In this document: one piece after another, positions 35,018 to 45,199 of the stretch
Layout: every line of letters begins with the position of its first letter
Position numbering within the stretch: the first letter of the stretch is position 1
Source of the DNA: a virus
Length of the DNA stretch: 64,000 bases
IMG/VR virus record: IMGVR_UViG_3300028800_000009
Coordinates: 1-64,000 of that record
Reading direction: 5' to 3' (one strand)
Program-made: the position numbers and the translations under genes
Notes under the pieces: model-generated
What the model was told of the DNA's origin: nothing
What the model saw: the letters and a program-made list of their open reading frames with translations, nothing else
Database searches by the model: none

Positions 35018-37060
35018 TCATCGGTGAAAAATTCCCCATGTTGGCTCGTTGCCAGTAACCGCGGGGAAGAAAACAGAGGCATAATTTGTCGTGCCGCGCC
35101 ACAGACTGTCAGCTATTGCGGCACCGGCCCAGCCTTGGTCGACCGCTGTTTCCAGCGCCGGCCATGCGTTCGCGAAGTAGCTCTCAGTTCCAGATGGGTC
35201 GGAACTGCCGGGGCCATTGAGCGTGTTGGTGCATGTGCCGCCGTTCTGCCAACCCGTCGCGACTGCTCCCTGCCACACGGCATAGAATGTGGTCAGGTAA
35301 AGTCCCGAGTTGGGATTTCCTGGGCCTGTGGCGAATTCGGCATTATAGCTTGCCCCTTGGCTGTAGCAGCCGTTTGGATTCGTTCCATTGCCAAAGCGAC
35401 CGATAGTAAAGAGGCTTGCCTCCTGCGCGAGATTGCTCAGGTTGGTTGCAGCCGTACCGCTCATCACGTTTAGATCGAGATCGAGATTGAGCGACATCGT
35501 CATGAAATCTTGCTGCCATGGGGCGCCGTAACCACTGTTGGCCGGATTTCCCGCCCCGCAATAATCGCATGCGGCAACTTCATGGGAGTAAAACACATGA
35601 ATCGAATTAACTCCGATCATGGTGGCATCCTGAGATAGCTGATACGCCATCTCGGTCGTTAGATCGGTCTTCATTTGATTGGATGGCGTCACGGCGAGGA
35701 ATTGCCCAACCGTGCGATAGTCCCATGCGTCGGCGCGTGTTTGGTCGAACCAGTTTCGTGTCGGGAATGATCCACCATTGCCATTGTCGCGATGAAGGAA
35801 CCCAGCAACGAGCGCTGTTGCCTCAAGCTGTTCATAAGCGGCATATTCCCCGGTCAGAATAAAACCGACATAGCCACTTGATGGGTGATGGGCATTATCC
35901 CAGCAAATAGCGACGCTGCCACTTCCGATTTGGCTTGAGCATGGATACGGCGTAGCCCATCCGCCCGTACCACCATCGCAATTCGTGGTCGTGTTTTGAG
36001 ATGGCAGCGCCATCCCGTCGCCGTTGGAATGATCAAGACACACATGCGGATAGGTCCGCAACGCGCGCCATGCCGCAGCAACGGCAGCCTGTGCGCGACT
36101 ATCGCCTAGCGACGTGAAGTAATCCGCATCCCATTCTGCGAGTGGCCCAATGTCGGGACGGCCCCCGGTTTGCTCCATATCCGTGACCCACGGTCCTTGC
36201 GAAAACGGGGTGTAGGTCTGGACAAGAGCATTCAGCGCTGTGCTGCTCGGCGGTGTCGTGAGCGAATAATTGGGGATCAACTTCGATGCAACGAGGTCTG
36301 TCGCATTCGGTGTTGTCGCTGCCTCGGAAGTGGAACAGCCTCTGAGGTCGTAGCCCGTCCATGCATAATGTGTGATCGTGCCCGGCGCGTAGGCTGTCGA
36401 GCCGAGGATCGTCACTGTGGGGCTGTAGGTAACATCTTCCTGGGAATTATCGACCCATCCGCCATTGTCGATCATCACCCTGACGCAGACATTGTTGTCG
36501 GCGTAAAGCCGCACATCGAAGGCAACCCGAAGTCGGCTCGTGCTCGGTGTGGTATACCCAATCGTCGTCCAGTAGAGGCAATCGACTTCTGCCGCACCCG
36601 ATTCCCAGGTCAGCTTTGGAGACGCGAATAGCGACGAAAGGGCGACGGTTCCAGACACATTCCCCGTGAACACGACTTGAGCGGCAGGGTTCGCCGATGT
36701 GATCGAGGCACAGGTCAGCGCGGTCCCGCCAGGAGACGTTCCGGTATTGATGTGAAGTGTCCCGGCTCCCGATGCTTTCCCCGCCATGATAGCAAAGCGG
36801 CACGAGCCGTCACTCCACGTTGAGACACCCGTGACCTGATAGTTGAGCGGATCGGGCGACGCGACATTGCCGCAGCCGGTCGTCGTGCCCTTGGCGAACC
36901 CTACGCCTGTGTGGAAGTCCCCGGCACCGGCGACGGGGAAGCTCGTGAGCGGAGTCCCTCCCCCGCTTCCGATCGTCGCCGAGCCGTGCCACGGCGACGA
37001 CGCGACGGCCACCGATAGGGTAAGGAAATATAGAAAGACGAGCACGATTAATCTGCTCAT
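35018..37060 (-). CDS. Signal-peptide-bearing 680-aa protein, possible polysaccharide lyase/depolymerase-like
   Basis: Leader then SSPWHGS; N-terminal W.DGS.RFA beta domain; GGRPDIG, AHHPS, QTRADAW, PWQQDF motifs. Confidence 0.6.
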   Translation of the reverse strand: MSRLIVLVFLYFLTLSVAVASSPWHGSATIGSGGGTPLTSFPVAGAGDFHTGVGFAKGTTTGCGNVASPDPLNYQVTGVSTWSDGSCRFAIMAGKASGAGTLHINTGTSPGGTALTCASITSANPAAQVVFTGNVSGTVALSSLFASPKLTWESGAAEVDCLYWTTIGYTTPSTSRLRVAFDVRLYADNNVCVRVMIDNGGWVDNSQEDVTYSPTVTILGSTAYAPGTITHYAWTGYDLRGCSTSEAATTPNATDLVASKLIPNYSLTTPPSSTALNALVQTYTPFSQGPWVTDMEQTGGRPDIGPLAEWDADYFTSLGDSRAQAAVAAAWRALRTYPHVCLDHSNGDGMALPSQNTTTNCDGGTGGWATPYPCSSQIGSGSVAICWDNAHHPSSGYVGFILTGEYAAYEQLEATALVAGFLHRDNGNGGSFPTRNWFDQTRADAWDYRTVGQFLAVTPSNQMKTDLTTEMAYQLSQDATMIGVNSIHVFYSHEVAACDYCGAGNPANSGYGAPWQQDFMTMSLNLDLDLNVMSGTAATNLSNLAQEASLFTIGRFGNGTNPNGCYSQGASYNAEFATGPGNPNSGLYLTTFYAVWQGAVATGWQNGGTCTNTLNGPGSSDPSGTESYFANAWPALETAVDQGWAGAAIADSLWRGTTNYASVFFPAVTGNEPTWGIFHR

Positions 37061-38244
37061 GGAATGTACGCCACCATATCGGTTTGAGTGCTGACCACGA
37101 TGATAATCGCGTCGTGCGCCGAATCGTATTGTGCCCGATTGAACATGCCGCCTTCATTGCCGCCAGGAAGAGATGATGGCGTTACAGCATTCGATCCGTT
37201 GGCAGTCACGGCCGTCCACGCAAATGTTGTGGTGTTGAGGTTATATGCCGTCGTCGATCCGGGGATGATGCACCAGATCTTGCTATCGACGGTCCGGTAG
37301 ACGACGCCAGGAGAGCCGCCAAAATTCTGACACGTTTGATTGCCTGTCGTCGTCACATTCGTCAAGGTGCCGGTCAGGCTCATGTAACCAGCGTAACCGT
37401 TCCCGATCATCCACAAGCGCTGGTGGGCCACATCCATCGCCGAGCCGTAATAATTGGCCGTTGGCGGCGACGAGTTGTTGTTATAGACCCACGCGTTTGT
37501 GCTGGGCGTCCATACCTTGGTGCCATTGAACTGCCCAGTGAAGTAAACATTGCCGTCCGTCGGGTTGTAGAAGGAGCTTTCGTAATATGGACTCCCTCCG
37601 GAAGGAGTATTTGCCTCTTGCGTCCAGTGACCGGCAAGATAGAGCCAGCTTTGCGGCCCTTCGTTGCCGCTGATGTAAATCGCACCGAAAGCACGGAACA
37701 AACCATAGCTCGGGACATAGACTAGCGCGCCGTAGGTATGAACGCTTGCCGGGCACCCGGCGCCCGTGCAGTTGGTGCTATCGACGTAGTAGCCGGTGTT
37801 ACCCGTGTCGGCCGTGCTTGGTCCAAATTCTCGCACCCAATTGAGCGAATTCTTGAGGTCGTTCTTATAGACCTCATTGCCGGCGTAGTCGGTATGACCG
37901 CCGCCATGGCAGTACATGATGCTGTTGGCGGTATCTTCGGCACAGCTCGACCACGTATCTGTAACTGCCGTCGAGCCTGTCGCGCCGCCCGGGCTGACAC
38001 TCGGAAAAACATTTTGTATTTGACCGGCCGTAACGCCCGATTGCGTGCTGAGATCGATAAAACAGCCATGGCTCGTACATGGACCAGTCGCTAGAGCGGT
38101 GGATAGCTTATCCGCGCCGCCCCCGCCGGCGATCGTCCCCGAGCCGTGCCATGGAGACGACGCCTCCGCGACGTACCCAAAGAGGCCGGTGACGGAGAGA
38201 GTAAGCGCGAGCGCGAAGCAGAGGTCGGCGAATAACTTACGCAT
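37057..38244 (-). CDS. Signal-peptide-bearing Kelch-like beta-propeller protein
   Basis: Leader then SSPWHGS; GGGHTDYAGNEVY, PASVHTY and repeated blade motifs. Confidence 0.65.
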   Translation of the reverse strand: MRKLFADLCFALALTLSVTGLFGYVAEASSPWHGSGTIAGGGGADKLSTALATGPCTSHGCFIDLSTQSGVTAGQIQNVFPSVSPGGATGSTAVTDTWSSCAEDTANSIMYCHGGGHTDYAGNEVYKNDLKNSLNWVREFGPSTADTGNTGYYVDSTNCTGAGCPASVHTYGALVYVPSYGLFRAFGAIYISGNEGPQSWLYLAGHWTQEANTPSGGSPYYESSFYNPTDGNVYFTGQFNGTKVWTPSTNAWVYNNNSSPPTANYYGSAMDVAHQRLWMIGNGYAGYMSLTGTLTNVTTTGNQTCQNFGGSPGVVYRTVDSKIWCIIPGSTTAYNLNTTTFAWTAVTANGSNAVTPSSLPGGNEGGMFNRAQYDSAHDAIIIVVSTQTDMVAYIP

Positions 38245-39176
38245 CAGATACCCCAATTCGTCGTGATCTGCGCGTCAAGCGTCGAGCGTGTGCCGCTCAT
38301 GGTCGTCGAGTTAGTACCCGACTCTACCCATGTATCCGTTGCGCCGCTGACCGCACCACTAACGACGAAGCCGCTCTGCGATGATGCTCCGCTCGTAAGT
38401 GTCCCTGGAATATTCACACCATTTTCAAGAAGGGCTGAGCTGGCGGCATTGATCGTACAAATGCCTCTGATCCAAGTACCCAACGCTACGGTACCAGTTA
38501 TCTCGCCGCTGCCACCCTCAAGACAATCGATATGATTGCTGGTCCCCCATCCAATACTGGTATTGAATAGGTTCTGGCCGGTAATAACCTCGCGGTTTCC
38601 TGCGGTAGTCCCGGTCTGTTTTGCAGCCGTATAAATCGTGCTACCATTTGCGATCGTAAGGCTAGCGGACCAGACCAACTTGGTTGTGGCGCTCCCGGTC
38701 AGACAGGTCGACGATGTATTAATACAATTCGCCGTCGCAGCCGCGCTTTGAGAGGTCGAACCTTGATTTCCGGCATTGACTGAACCGACCTGATCAAAGA
38801 CCGTCTGGGCGGCACATGTCGATCCCGAACAGAACGTGGCGAGATCAGCCTCGTCTAGCTTTCCGTTCGTCGTCAAAGATTTGATGCTACACGTCGTCTG
38901 ACTCGCAACGCCGTTACAGGTTCCAGTACCGGCGTCGTTCCGATAAACGCTAATCAAGGCCGTCCCGCACGTCGCGGCGCTAAACGCACGCAGTCCCCAC
39001 CAGTGCGTCCAATTGGCATCGATGTCGCCAGGACCGACGTAGCCACCACAGGTCGGCCCAGAGGAAGCCGACTTTGCGGAGACGATCGCCTGGAGCATCC
39101 CATGGGCGTCGACGGTTGGCGACGCCCACAAAAGGCCGAGGACGGCTAGGAGAGCCGCCGATAATTTCCTAATCAT
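38244..39176 (-). CDS. Signal-peptide-bearing concanavalin/arabinofuranosidase-B-like lectin protein
   Basis: MIRKLSAALLAVLGLLWASPTVDA leader; WWGLRA...LATFC...VFDQ pattern; many Cys. Confidence 0.6.
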   Translation of the reverse strand: MIRKLSAALLAVLGLLWASPTVDAHGMLQAIVSAKSASSGPTCGGYVGPGDIDANWTHWWGLRAFSAATCGTALISVYRNDAGTGTCNGVASQTTCSIKSLTTNGKLDEADLATFCSGSTCAAQTVFDQVGSVNAGNQGSTSQSAAATANCINTSSTCLTGSATTKLVWSASLTIANGSTIYTAAKQTGTTAGNREVITGQNLFNTSIGWGTSNHIDCLEGGSGEITGTVALGTWIRGICTINAASSALLENGVNIPGTLTSGASSQSGFVVSGAVSGATDTWVESGTNSTTMSGTRSTLDAQITTNWGI

Positions 39177-39180
39177 CGGC

Positions 39181-41469
39181 TTAGCTCCACGTGCCGTTAA
39201 ACGAGTACACGTCGTATTTGGTCGTCCCGTTCCCAACGTAACACATCTTATCACCGGCCGCTCCCGAGGAAGCGATAGCCGTGTTCGCTGCCTTATATGA
39301 GGTAAAGTTCGTATTCTCGTACTGAACGCTGGCGAGCCCAGAGAAGGTAATCGTCGTCGCGATATTGTTCGCGTTACGGACACAATATTGCACTCCGTTC
39401 GCGGGGGTCGGCATCGTAATGGTGCAAGTCCCCGTACACTCGAATATATCATTCGATCCGGCGAAGGTATGAGTAGTCCCCGTCGCGAAAGTCGGGGGCC
39501 GGTCGACGTACGCCGTCGTCGCGATCTTCGTCGAGTTATCGTTCGCGGCCTGTGTCGCCGCCGTCCACGTCCCCGTGATCGCGCTATTAGCCGAAAGAAG
39601 ATTCGTCCCGACCCGATCGGCATAAGCCGTCGTCCCTATCTTCGTCGAGTTATCGTTCGCAGCCTGGGTCGTCGTCGTCGGATTTCCGCCGAGCGCGATC
39701 GAGGTCTGGATCAACGAACTAGTAATCCCTCCCGACGCGATATGAAGCGTGTTGGAAGTGTTCGTGAACTCCGCCCCGATTGTATTCACGGCGTAGAGAT
39801 CGCCACCGACGACGCCTCCGGCGAAGAAGACGTTCGTCCCGTCGCTCTGAAGGCAACCGTTCGCCCCAGGCTTGAGAGTCACAATCGGCAGGCCGGAAGG
39901 GGGGAACGTGCCCGTATACGTACCTTGGACGAGCGTCCACGTCCCCGTCCCCGTCACGGTATAGCAGGAGACCATATTCGCGGCGAACAAACCGGTTGCG
40001 ACCGCGTTAATTGTCAAATTTTGGGCCGTCGTAGAATTAAGGTTGATCGTTCCGCCCATGTCCGCGGTGCCGAACGCTGTACTCGTCGCGGCCGTACGGC
40101 CAGGCGAACCGATGTTAATCGTATGGGCCGTATTATCGAGAATGAAGTTTGATGACGGCGTATAGCCCGTAATCGTCGTGCTGTTCGTCGCCCACGCGCC
40201 GATCTGACCAGCCAGCGCGCTCGACACCGTGCCGCCGCCAGAGCCAGGGGCTGATAAAACGCCGGCCGTATTGACGATCGACGAGTTGTCGGCGCGAACA
40301 ACGCCAAGCGCCCCGCTCGTCGCGACCGGAAGCTGGGCAACCGGAACCGTACCAGAGTTGATCTCCGAACCCGCAATACTCTTATTGGTTAGCGTATCGG
40401 TCGTCGCGCGGCCGACGAGCGTGTCGCTGGAGGTCGGCAAGGAGAGCGTACCGCCGTTCAGGATCGTCGCGATCGTCGGCGACGTTAGCGTCTTATTCGA
40501 AAGGGTATCGGTCGAGGTACGCGAGACAAGCGTATCGGTAAGGGCCGGAAGCGAGAGCGTCCCGCTCGCGATAGCCTGGGGCTGAAGAGTCGTCGTCCCC
40601 GAGGTCGAGCCCGCGAGACCAAGCTTACCGAGGAGAGCCGTCGGCGTCCCGATCGTGAGCACGCCGGCCGTGTAGGTAAGCCCGGCGTTCGACGTACAAT
40701 TTCCGGCGCCGTTATCGGTTAAGACGTCGGTTGCGGAACCAGCCGGGGTACACCCCCCACCTCCTCCACCCCCAGTCGATGCGAAAGTAAGCGTCCCTGG
40801 GCCTACGGTAATCGTCATATTGGCCCCGGCGATCGGTACGGCGTAGTGAAGTAGGCCGTCCGCACCCGATCCGATCGGAATCTGACCGTTCGTAAAGCTC
40901 GTCCCGAGACGCTGGACCGCGAGAATACCGGAAGTAATATTACCGGCGTTCGTCGTATCGACGATCGCCGAAGAGACAAACGAAGAGCCGTTCGTCTTCG
41001 TGACGTTGAGCAGGCCGGTCGAGGTATTTAGCGTACCGTCACCGTTGACAGTTGGAACGCCGCCGAACGACCCGGCATTATTGAACTGGAGCTGCCCCGA
41101 GGAGCCGCCCGGCGTCCCGCCACCTCCGCCCGAACCCAGGGGGCCGATCGTCGAGCCGCCGCTACGATAGAAAAGGCCCGAACCGGTTGCCCAGATATCG
41201 CCGTTGTTAAGCGTCGCGGGTGTCGATCCAGGAGCGATATTGAGACTCGCGACCGAGCCCGCTGGGGGCAGAATAAGCTCCCCGAGCATCGTATCGCCGG
41301 CCTTATTGACCGGCGTATAGCCAAGTTCGTCCTCCTTCGCGGTGAAATAGGAATTCCACTGTGCGGCTGTAGGAACTTGTCCGGTGACGAAGCCCGGGTT
41401 TGATCCGGCATATGCCACACCGACCGAAAGCGCAATCGCCCCGAGCAAGGAGGATAGAAGCTTCTTCAT
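39181..41469 (-). CDS. Long tail-fibre-like protein with an N-terminal signal peptide
   Basis: MKKLLSSLLGAIALSVGVAYA leader; GYTPVNKAGDTM, PGGSSGQLQFN, TDTLTNK and TQAANDNSTKIATTAYV fibre motifs. Confidence 0.75.
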   Translation of the reverse strand: MKKLLSSLLGAIALSVGVAYAGSNPGFVTGQVPTAAQWNSYFTAKEDELGYTPVNKAGDTMLGELILPPAGSVASLNIAPGSTPATLNNGDIWATGSGLFYRSGGSTIGPLGSGGGGGTPGGSSGQLQFNNAGSFGGVPTVNGDGTLNTSTGLLNVTKTNGSSFVSSAIVDTTNAGNITSGILAVQRLGTSFTNGQIPIGSGADGLLHYAVPIAGANMTITVGPGTLTFASTGGGGGGGCTPAGSATDVLTDNGAGNCTSNAGLTYTAGVLTIGTPTALLGKLGLAGSTSGTTTLQPQAIASGTLSLPALTDTLVSRTSTDTLSNKTLTSPTIATILNGGTLSLPTSSDTLVGRATTDTLTNKSIAGSEINSGTVPVAQLPVATSGALGVVRADNSSIVNTAGVLSAPGSGGGTVSSALAGQIGAWATNSTTITGYTPSSNFILDNTAHTINIGSPGRTAATSTAFGTADMGGTINLNSTTAQNLTINAVATGLFAANMVSCYTVTGTGTWTLVQGTYTGTFPPSGLPIVTLKPGANGCLQSDGTNVFFAGGVVGGDLYAVNTIGAEFTNTSNTLHIASGGITSSLIQTSIALGGNPTTTTQAANDNSTKIGTTAYADRVGTNLLSANSAITGTWTAATQAANDNSTKIATTAYVDRPPTFATGTTHTFAGSNDIFECTGTCTITMPTPANGVQYCVRNANNIATTITFSGLASVQYENTNFTSYKAANTAIASSGAAGDKMCYVGNGTTKYDVYSFNGTWS

Positions 41470-41483
41470 CTTAATTTACCCCT

Positions 41484-42695
41484 TTAACCATCGACTGTGA
41501 CAACAAGAGTACACGGCGGATTCTGACTGGAGCTGATGACCGCGTTACCACCCTGCCAATTGACAGTTCCGGTATTGATAATGCTGACAACACCAAGAAG
41601 GGTCGCGTAATGAGAAGCCGTCTCACTTAACCCGGTCTTGATACCGGAAAACGCAAGATTTCCCGTCGTGCTAGCAGCAAATGATTCGTACATCGACCCG
41701 GGAACTTCCGGCGTCGTACCGTCGAACCCGACTGCGGTAAGCGCGGCATTCTGGGGCGTAAGAAGATTTACCGATCCGGTCACATCGTATCGGACCTGAT
41801 TTGCGGCCCAACTTAAGAAGCTATTTCGGATCGAACTCGAAAGCTCGAAAACGCTCGTCGATGCGCTCGTGACCGTGGAAGATAACGTTGTTGTCGTCGA
41901 TCTAGGTTTCTGGTGAAACCAGTTCAACCCTTGGACTGGATTTGAAGACCACGCCGGACCGGAGCCAACAAGCCAATATCCGACGAGTGTCTTCGTCGGA
42001 TCGCCGCTCATAATCTCGTTGCCTACATTACCGGCCGTAGTGTCGGTAATGTGCCCGGTTGTCGATGGAACGAGCGACGAGATCACGCCGGAGGTTTGAG
42101 CCGCGTAGATATAATACGGCGTTCCCGGCGTCAGCCCAGACGGGGCTAGGTTAACACCAGCCGCAGGGATCGAGCAATTCTGGCCGGCGACGAGGAGATT
42201 ATTCCCGCCATGACCCGGCAACAAAGTAATCTGCGAGCCCGAGGTATAGACGAGCTGACATTGACCGTTCTGAAGCTGAAGGCCAGTAGCACCAAATCTT
42301 ATCCACCCAGAGCCACCCGTATCGGGGTCGCTGGTATTATTCTCGGCCGTCGAGAGCCAGAACAACCCGAAGGTCGCTACCGATGCGACGACCGCGCCTT
42401 TAGGATAACCTCCAACTGCGGCTTGAAAGACGCCGTCGTAAGGTAGAAATGATCCACCGCCGTTTTGCCACCATATCCAAGCCGATATTTCGTTAAGGAT
42501 ACCATTCATATCCTTACCGGCCGGCGCGACTCCTCCCGCACCTTCATTCGTAAAGGTAGTCGGAGGGAACCCGAGATCGAGCGAGGCGGCGTTAGGGTCC
42601 GAAGTCGTTTTCGGAATCAACCGAATAAATGATCCGCTCGCCGAGGCCGCGAAAGCTTCAAGTAGCTTCGTCGAGGGAATATTTGACGACTGCAC
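41484..42695 (-). CDS. Tail fibre protein (baseplate-anchored, no signal peptide)
   Basis: ASLDLGFPP, GKDMNGIL and GGYPKGA N-terminal anchor typical of myovirus fibres. Confidence 0.8.
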   Translation of the reverse strand: MQSSNIPSTKLLEAFAASASGSFIRLIPKTTSDPNAASLDLGFPPTTFTNEGAGGVAPAGKDMNGILNEISAWIWWQNGGGSFLPYDGVFQAAVGGYPKGAVVASVATFGLFWLSTAENNTSDPDTGGSGWIRFGATGLQLQNGQCQLVYTSGSQITLLPGHGGNNLLVAGQNCSIPAAGVNLAPSGLTPGTPYYIYAAQTSGVISSLVPSTTGHITDTTAGNVGNEIMSGDPTKTLVGYWLVGSGPAWSSNPVQGLNWFHQKPRSTTTTLSSTVTSASTSVFELSSSIRNSFLSWAANQVRYDVTGSVNLLTPQNAALTAVGFDGTTPEVPGSMYESFAASTTGNLAFSGIKTGLSETASHYATLLGVVSIINTGTVNWQGGNAVISSSQNPPCTLVVTVDG

Positions 42696-42706
42696 TTTTT
42701 AAACCC

Positions 42707-43429
42707 TCACAAAATAACGACGGTCGCGGCGACACCGACCGGTTTCGGTAAGACCCCAGATTGGAAAATGATCGACTCCTGAACCGGCGTCGGCGTAAAG
42801 GCGAAGGTATAGGTCATCGTCATATCCTGGCCGTCCGTAACGTAACATTGGCCGCTCTGGCCGAAGAGGCTCATCAAAATCGCGTTGATACCGGGTATCG
42901 ATCCGTCGCAGATATTGTAAAGAGCCTTCGCGAAGATCAATGTGCGATAGGCGTCGTCCGTTAGCGCAAAATTATTCGTAACCGGTTGACCTGCGTAGAA
43001 CGGAGATACGCCGCCAGGACCGAAATTGTCGTAGTCCGTCGTACCTCCCTCCTCAAAGCCGAAATACTTCCCGGCCGAGACTTGGAGAACGCGCGACACA
43101 CCAACGATTCGCCCCCAAACGTCGAGTCCGTATCCCTGGGCCGTATCGATGTTCCAGATCATGTTGTAGAACGCCGACATATTCTCGGTTTGGTCGACGT
43201 TTTGATTAAAGTAGTCGATCAGTTGGGTAAGGATCGGTGAATTCGCGTATTGACTTATAATCGTCAACGTATAGTCGAAAGCATTCAAGACGCCGATCGG
43301 CGAGACCCCGATCGTAAAATTCCCGATCGCGCTATCCGAAAGATAATCGAACGATGCATCCGTAAGCTGTCCGACCGGGCTTATCCCGATCTCGAACATA
43401 CCGATAGAATTAGAAGCTGGGGTCGACAT
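42707..43429 (-). CDS. Baseplate wedge protein (DUF2612-like)
   Basis: TIISQYANSP, WNIDTAQGYGLDVWGRIVGVSR, LPKPVGV. Confidence 0.85.
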   Translation of the reverse strand: MSTPASNSIGMFEIGISPVGQLTDASFDYLSDSAIGNFTIGVSPIGVLNAFDYTLTIISQYANSPILTQLIDYFNQNVDQTENMSAFYNMIWNIDTAQGYGLDVWGRIVGVSRVLQVSAGKYFGFEEGGTTDYDNFGPGGVSPFYAGQPVTNNFALTDDAYRTLIFAKALYNICDGSIPGINAILMSLFGQSGQCYVTDGQDMTMTYTFAFTPTPVQESIIFQSGVLPKPVGVAATVVIL

Positions 43430-43430
43430 A

Positions 43431-44840
43431 TCAGACGACCGAGACTTGGATTAAATTAGCGTCCGTAACCGGAACTTGATTAGACTGGACTTGGACATTA
43501 TTCTGTGCCGGAGCGCACGCCGTCATAGCTTCGGAGCCGACGGTTTGCATATTATTAAGAACCCAACTCGTTCCGCTACCGGATAGGATCGTGGTTCCTT
43601 CCGCGACCCCGGGGCCGAATATTTGCTGTCCTATAGCCACGGTTCCAGTAACGGATGATACCGTGAGAGCCGTTCCGGCAATAACGCCCGTAAAAGACGC
43701 CGCGATAGTATTCGTCGACCCGATCAAAAGCGACTTAATCAGCGCCCAAGTCCCGAGGAGGGCGATCGGCGCGACGAACCGCGTCGCGAGAATATTAGAT
43801 CCGATCCTGGCGCGCGTCCCACCATCCCCTCCACCAAAGGCGTTGATAATTGCTTGCTGAACGAGAGCGACCGCGTTCGAGGGGACCGTCGGACCATTAA
43901 CGATCTGAACTTCAAACAGGACTTGAAGATCGGTCGGCCGCTCGAATGTAACGCTGTAAGCGATCGGGGACGTATAGAGAGGGTTATTATCGAACGCCGT
44001 TACCGTCGTATTTCCGGTATAGGCGCAACCCGGGCCTTTCTTCGATAAAATGGCTTGGCCCACCGCCAGGTCGGTCGCGCCGACGGCTGCTATATAAATC
44101 GAATTCGCAGCGATCGACTGACCTAAGACCGTAACCGGCGACGCCGTCCCGTTATCATATCCGAAATAGTCGAGAACACCGGGAACGTTCGCTACAGCTC
44201 CGATAATCGAGCCGATCGCGCCGAAACTATTCCCCGCGACCGTTGCAGCGCGTCGCTCCTCGAAAGCTGCGCGGCTCTCGACGTTATTACCGAGAACGCC
44301 ATCGGTCGGGTTATTGATCGTATCCCAACCATTGATCGTTTGGGCGATGACGTTAAGCGTATTCGCGGGGCACGCGATCGGCCCGACGACGTTACACGAG
44401 AACGGTAGCGTAATCGACCCGCTGATCGGGATCGTCCCGGCCTGGGTTGCGGTATACGTGTTACCGTCACTCGCCTGAGCGGCCGCGCCGACCGGAATAA
44501 CGACGCCTACGAGCCCGACGCAAAGCGCCTGAACGACCGTCGGTTGGGCCGGGATGCGCTCGATAAAATAGATACGCGCGATCGCATCCTGCATACGGCC
44601 GGTCGCGAACGCTGGATCGACCTGATTCGTGAAGTAGACGAACGTATCGTTCGCGTTTCCGATGATCGCCGTCTCGGACGTGACGATCTGGCCTTGAGGA
44701 GTCTCCAAATTCTCGAAATTGAGCGTGCCCCCGAACGCGGCTTGCCAGTCAGCGATAATGCCGTCGAGGATAGCGGACTCGGCCGGCGCTATGAACCCGT
44801 TAGGTCCGAAAACAACGATCGGGACGTTCGTCGTCGCCAT
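43431..44840 (-). CDS. Baseplate J-like wedge protein
   Basis: ETPQGQ, VDPAFATGRMQDAIARIYF, ESRAAFEERR. Confidence 0.85.
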   Translation of the reverse strand: MATTNVPIVVFGPNGFIAPAESAILDGIIADWQAAFGGTLNFENLETPQGQIVTSETAIIGNANDTFVYFTNQVDPAFATGRMQDAIARIYFIERIPAQPTVVQALCVGLVGVVIPVGAAAQASDGNTYTATQAGTIPISGSITLPFSCNVVGPIACPANTLNVIAQTINGWDTINNPTDGVLGNNVESRAAFEERRAATVAGNSFGAIGSIIGAVANVPGVLDYFGYDNGTASPVTVLGQSIAANSIYIAAVGATDLAVGQAILSKKGPGCAYTGNTTVTAFDNNPLYTSPIAYSVTFERPTDLQVLFEVQIVNGPTVPSNAVALVQQAIINAFGGGDGGTRARIGSNILATRFVAPIALLGTWALIKSLLIGSTNTIAASFTGVIAGTALTVSSVTGTVAIGQQIFGPGVAEGTTILSGSGTSWVLNNMQTVGSEAMTACAPAQNNVQVQSNQVPVTDANLIQVSVV

Positions 44841-45199
44841 CAGAAACTCGCCGGGGTTATGACCCCATTCTTATCCGTTACTTGAACCTGCCCGTGAAGT
44901 CCGCGGTCATCGAAAGCTGTGATGAATGTTTGGGCTGCGACGACCCCAGGGACAGTCTCGGCTGCGGCCGAGAACTGAGCCTTAAGCGCAGCGAGCGACG
45001 GCGCCGAGCCGAGAATATCCTCGAAATATGGAACGCCGGGCGCTGTATTGTACCATAACTCTTGCTGGAAGAGCTTGATCGCCGAAGCAGCGTCCTGGGC
45101 GAGCGCGTAAGGTACGCTCGCGACGGCGAGGTTTCCGCTCGCATCGGCGAGCAGATCCCAGGAAACGGTATCCAGAAGGAGCGTCGTCTGAGCCATCAC
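44840..45199 (-). CDS. Baseplate gp25/W-like protein
   Basis: WDLLADASGNLA, ELWYN..GVPY; gene position. Confidence 0.75.
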   Translation of the reverse strand: MMAQTTLLLDTVSWDLLADASGNLAVASVPYALAQDAASAIKLFQQELWYNTAPGVPYFEDILGSAPSLAALKAQFSAAAETVPGVVAAQTFITAFDDRGLHGQVQVTDKNGVITPASF

